This document shows positions 52,601 through 61,555 of a stretch of DNA of 64,000 bases, piece by piece (the first letter of the stretch is position 1; each line of letters starts with the position of its first letter). The notes beneath the pieces were generated by a model. That model saw only the letters and a list, made by a program, of their open reading frames with translations. It was not told the DNA's origin and made no database searches. The translations under genes were made by a program, and so were the position numbers. Origin of the DNA: Amphiscolops sp. MND2022 (Eukaryota); NCBI GenBank assembly GCA_964187785.1, contig OZ076409.1, positions 84,384,001 through 84,448,000 of the forward strand, read 5' to 3'.

Positions 52601-54267
52601 CGAGAAGATCATCATCTTTTTCTTTTTTTCGTTTTTTTTTTAAAAAAACTAGAATTGTATGTATGAGAGCAGCATGAAAAACTTTCCCGCAATTTCAACT
52701 AGGGTAGCCTATACGTTCAGAGAAGTTTCCCAGAAATCGTCTTTTTTTTCAGTAGCTTTATTCTCCTCAATCATAGCTCAGGTGGACCTCTCTAGAATTT
52801 GCCTTCCACGGCACGATCGGCTAAATTCTTGCCGTATCTTGGCAGTCAATTTTACAAGATTCCTACAAAAATATTACTAAGCTAATAATTGTTCGAAGAT
52901 AGAATCTTACCGTGACGGACAAATGAACAAGATTTCAAACATTCGATAACGAGTTACAAACAGTTTGTTGTCTATTTATCTTTCGCCCTTAGAAATTTTC
53001 AAAACACTTCTCGTTATTATTTTTCAACCCTCATGTTCAATGGGGGAGGAAAATCATGATCTGTGATGTGTTTGTTTCCAAATTCAGCCAAAACTCCACT
53101 TGACTCCATCCACTTGCTCACTTGCTGCATCCACTTGCTCACTTACTGTCGCAGGCTGCCGCCTGTGACGGCACGACGGTAACTACTTCGGCAGTTGGTC
53201 AAGAATATGTACCCGGAACCTTACCTATTTATTAAGAACTTACAATTGATATCAAACTTTCACGCCATTTTGTTATTTTGTGCATTATGATCATTGATGA
53301 CGCTCATTTTATATACAATTAGTCTGTTAAATCTAACAATTGGAAATTTCAATTGAGCTGATGGAGTTGTAAGGCGCTAATTTAAAGCAATAGAAAATAC
53401 AATGAAACGAGCAACTGTAAGGCAGTATAGGAAACGAGTTCAAGTGACGTACGGCAATGTACCGCCAGCGTCACTTGAGCACGTTACCTCAACCAATCAT
53501 ATCGCAGTATGCAATCTCGTTTGTTGATGCTATTTAATTAATGGCCGAGTAAGGCCAATTACCGCGCTTTTAATATTCTCTTTTGGTACACTGGTCAAAT
53601 GGCCGGTTCCGTCCCATTGGTTCAAGATTGAAATAAGGTGATAATTTGACATGTAACAAATCATGTTTGCTGAGTTTGTGTTTTCATAATAGCCAGATCT
53701 TTGTTCTTAACTGATGCTTCATTTTAATACCCAACCTTTTGCTAGGCCCTTAAGGCCATATTTCATTAGTACTTGCCCATTAATTAGCCGGCTATTCCCG
53801 GCCATTGGAATTGTTACGTTCCTTTGAAAAGTGATGCAGTACATGTATTTGGGGCTAATCGGTTAATCAACGCATATAATTATTAATATGTCAATTGGCC
53901 GTATTGGGCCTAATAACATGAAGTGCTTCACACTGCTGCAAAGCTAATTTAGGTCACGTGGTGGCACGTGCCAGAAAGGAATGTATGCAATGTTATTTAT
54001 ATTCATGATGAGTACTAGTTCCTTTGATAGACGGAAATTTCATTTGATGCACTAGTAAATATTTTGATGCCGCCTTTGATGAATGAATAGTTGTGATTGT
54101 AAAATGTTAGGAATTTTCCCAATCGGGACATCACCCTAAAATAGTTGCTTTGAAGTATTAATACCCGATGCCGTAATGATATTTGTCACATGACCTGTTG
54201 AGGACATAACCACATGATATTATCTTGATCAAAGAATCCGTGGAATGTAAGTGTCATCTTTCAGGAG

Positions 54268-54275
54268 TATATATA
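54268..54275 (+). promoter_or_regulatory. TATA-like box about 130 bp upstream of the gag ATG
   Basis: GGAGTATATATAGTC. Confidence 0.35.
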
Positions 54276-54400
54276 GTCACTTTCCTGCAAAGGGACACAC
54301 AATTTCCATAACCTTGCTTTGATAAAGATTGATTTATTACAACGACGTTTGTCAGTTTTCCGGTTTTAATAATTGAATTATTCAACCCGGTTCAATTTCA

Positions 54401-56122
54401 ATGCCTACCACAAGGAAACAAAGGAAAGCGAGAAAATCAAGAGAGGCAGAAATGTTGTCAGATATTGAGAATTTAGACATAATGCTTGGAGGAAATCATT
54501 ACAATAGAAACGAAAGGAGTGATAGTCTAAATAGTAACCAGGCGAGAAGACCTAGTAGTCCTTTTGGCGACGAATTTGAAAATGAGGATGAAAATAGGTT
54601 ATCTAACTCTGAGAACAATGGACCTAGTCCAAATGCCGAACTAGGCCAGAACTCAGCTAGAGGTAGTTCTAACGCCGAGATCAACAGATTGTCGAGTGAG
54701 TTGAATTCCCGTATATCTCGGGAGATGGATGAGATGATGAACAGCGTCAGTGTGCAGATTCAAAGAGCTATAAGTGAGGCAATTAGCAATCAAGTTCTTC
54801 CCCAGATTCAAAATGCCCTTATGGCCGATTCCGGACATATGACCAAAGAGAGATGGAACGTTCCGTCTGAGAGACCGGAAGGATATTCTGAAGTTCTGCG
54901 TAATTCAGACTCTAGAAACAATTCGAAGAGTAAGACACTTGGTAATCGTGAGAAGGACGGATTCACATTAACGGACACCCGTGCTTACGACATGGTGACA
55001 GGAGAAAACGAATCTCCAATTGAAGTTCCTGAGTTTCTCACAGGACGAATGCCATCCACTAGTCATCTCAACAGATCCTGTGATGACCTTCCGCTGCTCG
55101 ACACGACGATCCCAGCACAAGAACGACCCGCTCTGGCATCAGAACAAGACCCCATCAACAGGCTAGCAGATGTTTTGACTAGTATGCAGAACCGTCCAAC
55201 GGCCCAACAACTCACTATCCGCCCAGTCAACTCCAACACAATGACATTCGACGGCAAAAGTGAGAAGTTCGAGCTGTTTGAGGATTTATTCCATACGATG
55301 ATCAAGATGCAGCCTGAGATGACCGAACAAATGAAAATCAATCACTTCCATTCCTTGCTACGAAAGAATGCACTCCAAACATTCAGAAACATCAGCAACG
55401 CCAATAGACAAACTCTTGAGGATGTACTTGTCATTTTCAGACGAAAGTACGTCAAACCTGAATCTCAGGCAACGGCAAAACACAAATGGCATCGCTTAGT
55501 CTTTGACCCTAACACGACCAAATTGCCAGACTTCCTTGAAGAGCTTAACCAAGGAGCAGAAAAAGCTTTTGGAGACAATGCCCAAAAGATGATCGACAGT
55601 CTCCTATACGCAAAACTGCCACCAAAGCTCAAAAGATCAGTCAACATGGCTAGACTAGAGAATGGCTCTTACGATGAAATTGTCGCTCATCTAGAACGAG
55701 AACTGGAACTGAATGCACTTGAAGAGTCTGACGACCTGCCCATAGCATCAATGACATCTTCGATTGGCAAGACAAAAACTGTTCCTTCCAACGTACAGAT
55801 GAGCGATATAACGTGCAATTATTGCAAAGAAAAGGGCCATATGGTCAAAGATTGCGAGAAATTGAAGAAGAAAAAAGAAAAAGATGCCCAACAAGGCAAA
55901 CAGACTCAGAAAAAGACGTACCCGGAGTGTGGCACTTGTGGTAAAAAGAACCACCCAGAAGAAAGATGTTGGCAAGGTGCTGGTGCACATCTCAAACCCA
56001 AACGCACCAGACCAGATGACGCCAATGACGCTAAACCCAATCCAAAGGCGCAGAAACCACAAAACAAATCAACAACTTCCAACTCACAAACCTCATCTTC
56101 CAATGATGAGTCAAAAAACTAA
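54401..56122 (+). CDS. gag: Gag polyprotein, 573 aa, two CCHC zinc knuckles
   Basis: CNYCKEKGHMVKDC and CGTCGKKNHPEERC; capsid-like TFDGKSEKFELFEDLF; lies directly upstream of pol. Confidence 0.93.
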   Translation: MPTTRKQRKARKSREAEMLSDIENLDIMLGGNHYNRNERSDSLNSNQARRPSSPFGDEFENEDENRLSNSENNGPSPNAELGQNSARGSSNAEINRLSSELNSRISREMDEMMNSVSVQIQRAISEAISNQVLPQIQNALMADSGHMTKERWNVPSERPEGYSEVLRNSDSRNNSKSKTLGNREKDGFTLTDTRAYDMVTGENESPIEVPEFLTGRMPSTSHLNRSCDDLPLLDTTIPAQERPALASEQDPINRLADVLTSMQNRPTAQQLTIRPVNSNTMTFDGKSEKFELFEDLFHTMIKMQPEMTEQMKINHFHSLLRKNALQTFRNISNANRQTLEDVLVIFRRKYVKPESQATAKHKWHRLVFDPNTTKLPDFLEELNQGAEKAFGDNAQKMIDSLLYAKLPPKLKRSVNMARLENGSYDEIVAHLERELELNALEESDDLPIASMTSSIGKTKTVPSNVQMSDITCNYCKEKGHMVKDCEKLKKKKEKDAQQGKQTQKKTYPECGTCGKKNHPEERCWQGAGAHLKPKRTRPDDANDAKPNPKAQKPQNKSTTSNSQTSSSNDESKN

Positions 56123-59100
56123 CTTCGCCACGACTCCAATACAACCAACTAATATCTGTCCGACAATACATCAGATCGGACCCTCCAACGCAAATTTTCC
56201 ACCAATACAATCAACAATTGATGGGCTATCCTTTTGTTGTCTGGCAGCAACAAATGGAAAAAGCTACCATTATTACTTACAATAATACCCATTTGTTCCA
56301 AAAACCAATTCCCGTATGGGACCCTGATTACACATCCGCTTTCAATAGCCGATTCAGGCCCATTCCCTTGATAGACAACTACAACCCTACCTACATCGAT
56401 CCTGACTATGGACGAGATCCCTATTGGGATACCGAACTTAACAACCAGGATTTGTTACAATTCCAATACGTTATCGATGATATCGAACTCTATAATAGAT
56501 CAATCCATGACAACCCACCAATCACCCACAACAAGAAAACCAGAGCATTGATTGAAACATGGCAGATGAACGATGGTACAAGCCATCCGGTGTTCCCAAA
56601 CCCCTTAGGGACCGAGACCTCAGACAAACCAGAAGAAACAATACCACAGTCACTACTTGACGAAAGTCAGTTCCAAAACATCCTCATTACCAGAGAAGGT
56701 GAACCAGACTGTATACCCCTGTCAACCAACATAAACTTGAAATGCAAGAAACGCATGCTATATTTCCCCATGGACTTTGGGGAATTGACCATTGATGGAC
56801 TTATCGACACTGGTGCCTTATCCAGTGCAATCCCCGAAATGGACCTCCGGAAAATTAGACTCCTTTCACCACAATCAGTTATCCGAGAGGGTCCGCCTCC
56901 GAACTTCCAAATCATGGTCGCTAATGGGCAACTGGAAACTCCTAAAAGTACCATAGAGCTCAAATTCGAAGTTGGTGACATTGAGTTCCATGAAATCTTC
57001 ATAGTAATGGAACATCTGACAGGGCCAATCATAGGACTAATGTTCCTCCAGCGAAATCATACAGTTCTGGACATGAGGCAAGGAATCCTGAACTTCCCGT
57101 TCTTTTCAATGCAACTAAAAACAGCTGACCATAAATACTCAAACGTGCTAGAACCAATTCTCAACCCTACCGAAATAACCATTCCGCCGAATGACAGAGT
57201 CCTAATCAGGACCAATTCCCTACTGTATCCTGAAAACGCTGTAACTGGGATTTTACAACCGAGCGACCTTCTACATGAAGAAGGCGACATCACCTTTTGC
57301 CCAGCTTTGGTCACTCTGAATGATGGCAACATATCGATACCTGTGAATAATTTCACAGACCACCCCTATAAACTCAAAAAGGGACTCCATATTGCCAATT
57401 TCTCTGTCATGACGCCAGAGCAAATGAAATACGTCAAACCGGTAGACCCGGCATCAACCTGGCATTTGTTGCAAAACGACCAAGAACAAGCAGCCCATTA
57501 CGTCCGTAGCCTGATCAAGACAAACAGAAATCCACAAAACACTGAAAATTACTGGTTCCCAACTCCAGAAAACCCTGGAAATCCTGAGGAACACACACCC
57601 ATACAAAAACGAATCCTTCAAGAATTACAGGCCTTACAAGACCTAGAGACTCTTGACCCCACAAAAGACGAAGAATCACGTGCAAAATTCTTAGAAAACT
57701 TTGACTGGAAAGATTCCACCCTTACTCCTGAAGAGAAGGAGAAAATAGAGGAATTGTTAGTGGAATTTCACGACATCTTTGCACGACACCGATTCGATAT
57801 AGGCATGAACGAGGACTTCAAGGTGAAACTGACACCTAAGGACGATTCCCCAGCCTATAGTCAAAGTCTTCCAGCTCCTATCAATTTGAAGGAGGACATC
57901 CTAGTTGAATTAGCCATGTTACACAAATATGGCATCATCACCACTCTACCGTTCTCAAAGTATGCAAGCCCAATATTCGCCCAAAAGAAACCAAATGGGA
58001 AGCTACGACTTTTGGTTGACCTGAGAAAAATCAACAACCTCATCTCGGATGATTATATAAACAATAATCACCCTGTTAGCACCTTGGTTGATGCTGCCCA
58101 ACACTTGGCAGGCAAAAAACTATTCTGTAAATTAGACTGTTCGCAGGCATACCATTGTCTACCAATGGCCGACCAACGTTCAATTGAAATGTTGGCTTTC
58201 AATTTTGCCAGTCGCACATTCGCCTACAGACGTCTGGCACAAGGCCTTAGCCGGTCACTATCCGCATTCTCGAGTTTTATGAGAGAATACCTGGACAAAG
58301 TCATCAAAGCGGATCAGTGTGCCCAGTACGTGGACGATATAGGCATCGCAGCAAATGATGCTGACCACCTCATAGCTAACCTGAGGGCTACATTCAAATG
58401 CATTCAGGAAGCAGGCCTTAAATTGACAATGCATAAATGTCACTTTGGTGCCAAAGAAATTGATTTTCTCGGACGGACTATTACCCCGCAAGGCGTCAAA
58501 CCCCAGAAACAAAACGTGCAAAACTTTCTGGAAAAGACCAAGTTCCCAAAGTCGAAAAAGGCTTTGCAGCGCTACTTGGGATTCTTGAATTACTACAGAA
58601 ATTATGTCCCAAGACTTTCAGAACGCCTTGCCCCATTCTACAAGATGCTAAAGAGTGACGAAAAGGTCCTGGTATCGAAAGAATTGGTCCAACAATTCGA
58701 GGAAATCAACAAAGCACTTGACAAATGTTGCGACTTGGCATTACAACAACCCATTCCGAACAAACAAATAGCACTAATGACTGATGCAAGTTTTGGTGCA
58801 GCCGGATACGCGGTCTTAATCGAAGATGACCCGAACCAGAAATTCACGTCACTCAGAAAATCGTATGCACCAGTCGCATACGGATCAAAAATTTTCACCC
58901 CAGCCCAGATAAAGATGTCAATTTATGCAAAAGAATTCCTTGCAATTTACTTTGCATTCAAAGAATTCGGACATATATTCTGGGGTGCGCCGAAACCGGT
59001 CATCATCCTTACGGACAACAAAGCCGTCACGAGATTTTTCCAAACGAAAATAATACCCCCAGCCCTGTGGAATGCATGTGATTATGTGATTCAGTTCAAT

Positions 59101-61326
59101 TTTGTCATAGCACACATCCCGGGGGCACAGAACACAGCAGCCGACTATTTGTCCCGATTGGAGGCAGACCCGAAGGATAAATTAGTCATGAAAATCCGTG
59201 AGGATGTACAAACTTTACCAATTGAAATCAATGTCCAATCCGCAGGGGTGTCGCAAGAAGAACAAATCTTCTACACCAATGACGACGATGAGACAGAGGA
59301 ACAGGCTTGGGCAAGGAAAGAAGCAATCAGGAAAAACCCAGCAATTGATGAGCCCACCGTTACTATACAAACTTTGTCAACAAATCTGGTCAAGCAACAC
59401 CCCGATGTACAAGTCCGATTGAGGAAAATGAACCAGATCATCATTGAGCAATCCAAAGATACAGTATTACAACAATTGAAGGCGAAACTCCTTCATGAAG
59501 ACTATTCAGAAAACATACTGCAACAAGATGCTCGATATAGACACTATGCAAATAATCTGGAGCGAATCGTACTCAAAGACGAAATCCTGACAAGGCAATA
59601 TTTTGATGAAACAGGGAATGTTAAGTACCATCAAATTTTGCTCCCGCAACACCTACTTCGGGAAGTGCTCCACTCCCTTCATGGGACAGCGCATAAACAT
59701 CCCGGGATTTCAAAAATGTTGCAGGAAATCAGACAAAAGTATTATTACCCTAACATGGCAAAACATGTCAAAAAGTGGGTAGAAGGGTGTGAACAATGTG
59801 CAAAGGACAAACGAGTCCCAAACGCAACAATCACGCCTGAACTACTTAACTTGCCGGAATGGGACCTTGGACCCGAAGACGCCATGCAAATCGACTTATT
59901 GCCGAATCTTCCCCCAAGTGGAGGATACGAAAATGTTTTAACTGCAATTGATGTCTTCTCTCGATACTTGTTTGCTTATCCTCTTACGGACGCATCAGCG
60001 ATCAATGTAGCTAAAGCAATCATTGATATTATGACCAAACATTCTTACCTACCGACGACGCTCATTACGGACAAAGGAACTGCCTTTACCTCCACGATCA
60101 TTGCGGAAATTACACAGATCTTAGGCATTACCCTAAAATGTGCAACGACGAAACACCCGCAAACTATCGGGAAATTAGAGCGAACGCATGCCTCATTGAA
60201 AACGAACCTGAAAATGGCATGTGGGGAATATCGCCGACAATGGCATAAATATTTACCTTTAGCAGTCCTTAATCATAACACTAGTTATCATGCCAGTATC
60301 GGATGCGAACCCACAAGAGTGTTCCACGGGAGAATCCCATACAATATCTTGGATCACAAACTTGGAATGAATCCAAATGAGCCAATCCATCCGACTACTG
60401 AATTTGCCGAAGAAATCCAGAACCGGACCAAACTCCTTATTGACAAAACAAAGCAGAACATCATGCAGTCATATATCAAAAATAAGGAGTATTACGACCG
60501 AAAAGCAAAAGCCGCCCCACTCAAAGAGGGCGATTACTGTTTTGTATTACAGCCGAAAGCGGATCATCAAGGATCAAAAATTCCATTCAGGGATTATCGT
60601 TGGGTTGGACCATTTATAGTCCAGAAAACCTTACCTAATGAGAATTACATTGTCCGCAGACTTAATACAAATAAAACGCAGATCTTGCATCGAATTCGTC
60701 TCAAAAAGTTTGTTCCAAATCAGCCACTTGAGGACAATTTCCGGGAACAGCGTCTACAGCCGGATGATGAAATAATAATTCCGCAAGACGACTTGTATGT
60801 AATAACGTGGGAAACAAACTTTGGCGAACAGCTAGATACACGAGGCAGCGAGCCTATTCCGACCAGCTTGACGAATGACCAACAGCCGAGTACGGCAGAA
60901 GCGAACGCAAGTGACGCAAGCGACAATGAAGTGGATTACGTAATCACGAGTGACGAATCAAATCTTACCGATCGTGCGTCGCACAGCCGAGATGAACGAT
61001 TAAATGATGACGTCACTGAAAGAAAAGAACCTACTGCAGTGACAGAAAATAACAAATCTGATTGGCCGAATCCGGCCGTTTTCCCGAAAAACCAAGAAAA
61101 TTCTTTGCCGAATACGGCAGATGCACCGGAAAATGATGAAACTTTTTCAGAAAGAAATTCAATGAACGAAAACGATGCACAAAACTCTCCAAAAAGGGGG
61201 GATGATATTATCGTGCCCGAAATATCCGAAAACGACGCTAGAAATGAAAGTCTGAGCCCTAGAGGAGGGAAATATAATCTCAGGCCAAACCCTAATCCGA
61301 ACTACTCAGAAGACTTCAGATACTAA
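56110..61326 (+). CDS. pol: Pol polyprotein (protease, RT, RNase H, integrase), probably made as a Gag-Pol fusion
   Basis: LIDTGA (protease); LRLLVDLRKIN and YVDD (RT); TDAS, TDNKA, ADYLSR (RNase H); H..H/CEQC, QIDL, TDKG, LERTH (integrase); WVGPF (GPY/F). Confidence 0.97.
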   Translation, partial: VKKLTSPRLQYNQLISVRQYIRSDPPTQIFHQYNQQLMGYPFVVWQQQMEKATIITYNNTHLFQKPIPVWDPDYTSAFNSRFRPIPLIDNYNPTYIDPDYGRDPYWDTELNNQDLLQFQYVIDDIELYNRSIHDNPPITHNKKTRALIETWQMNDGTSHPVFPNPLGTETSDKPEETIPQSLLDESQFQNILITREGEPDCIPLSTNINLKCKKRMLYFPMDFGELTIDGLIDTGALSSAIPEMDLRKIRLLSPQSVIREGPPPNFQIMVANGQLETPKSTIELKFEVGDIEFHEIFIVMEHLTGPIIGLMFLQRNHTVLDMRQGILNFPFFSMQLKTADHKYSNVLEPILNPTEITIPPNDRVLIRTNSLLYPENAVTGILQPSDLLHEEGDITFCPALVTLNDGNISIPVNNFTDHPYKLKKGLHIANFSVMTPEQMKYVKPVDPASTWHLLQNDQEQAAHYVRSLIKTNRNPQNTENYWFPTPENPGNPEEHTPIQKRILQELQALQDLETLDPTKDEESRAKFLENFDWKDSTLTPEEKEKIEELLVEFHDIFARHRFDIGMNEDFKVKLTPKDDSPAYSQSLPAPINLKEDILVELAMLHKYGIITTLPFSKYASPIFAQKKPNGKLRLLVDLRKINNLISDDYINNNHPVSTLVDAAQHLAGKKLFCKLDCSQAYHCLPMADQRSIEMLAFNFASRTFAYRRLAQGLSRSLSAFSSFMREYLDKVIKADQCAQYVDDIGIAANDADHLIANLRATFKCIQEAGLKLTMHKCHFGAKEIDFLGRTITPQGVKPQKQNVQNFLEKTKFPKSKKALQRYLGFLNYYRNYVPRLSERLAPFYKMLKSDEKVLVSKELVQQFEEINKALDKCCDLALQQPIPNKQIALMTDASFGAAGYAVLIEDDPNQKFTSLRKSYAPVAYGSKIFTPAQIKMSIYAKEFLAIYFAFKEFGHIFWGAPKPVIILTDNKAVTRFFQTKIIPPALWNACDYVIQFNFVIAHIPGAQNTAADYLSRLEADPKDKLVMKIREDVQTLPIEINVQSAGVSQEEQIFYTNDDDETEEQAWARKEAIRKNPAIDEPTVTIQTLSTNLVKQHPDVQVRLRKMNQIIIEQSKDTVLQQLKAKLLHEDYSENILQQDARYRHYANNLERIVLKDEILTRQYFDETGNVKYHQILLPQHLLREVLHSLHGTAHKHPGISKMLQEIRQKYYYPNMAKHVKKWVEGCEQCAKDKRVPNATITPELLNLPEWDLGPEDAMQIDLLPNLPPSGGYENVLTAIDVFSRYLFAYPLTDASAINVAKAIIDIMTKHSYLPTTLITDKGTAFTSTIIAEITQILGITLKCATTKHPQTIGKLERTHASLKTNLKMACGEYRRQWHKYLPLAVLNHNTSYHASIGCEPTRVFHGRIPYNILDHKLGMNPNEPIHPTTEFAEEIQNRTKLLIDKTKQNIMQSYIKNKEYYDRKAKAAPLKEGDYCFVLQPKADHQGSKIPFRDYRWVGPFIVQKTLPNENYIVRRLNTNKTQILHRIRLKKFVPNQPLEDNFREQRLQPDDEIIIPQDDLYVITWETNFGEQLDTRGSEPIPTSLTNDQQPSTAEANASDASDNEVDYVITSDESNLTDRASHSRDERLNDDVTERKEPTAVTENNKSDWPNPAVFPKNQENSLPNTADAPENDETFSERNSMNENDAQNSPKRGDDIIVPEISENDARNESLSPRGGKYNLRPNPNPNYSEDFRY
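56113..56119 (+). other. -1 ribosomal frameshift slippery heptamer A_AAA_AAC
   Basis: gag ends TCA AAA AAC TAA. The pol (-1) frame opens at 56110 after TGA TGA and has no stop until 61326. Confidence 0.85.
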
Positions 61327-61555
61327 GAAAGACTGAATTTAGGTCAGGAAATAAGCCCCGAACCTATTTTCTTTTCTTTAACGTTTTTTTTGTCCCTTGG
61401 AAGCAAATTTTTTGAATAAATGATGGGACACAAAGCAGACCCCTTAACAAATGAATAATATAGGGGCGCAGAAATGAAATCATAACAAACAAATACAGAA
61501 TCAGAAAATCAACAAAGAATACAGTTTCAAATTGTACATAAATACATATGTACAC

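Noticed and set aside
54499..60926. Numerous short ORFs overlapping gag/pol, including 55884-56285 (+)
   Set aside because: These are shadow frames of long coding sequence; the -1 frameshift links gag to pol without them.
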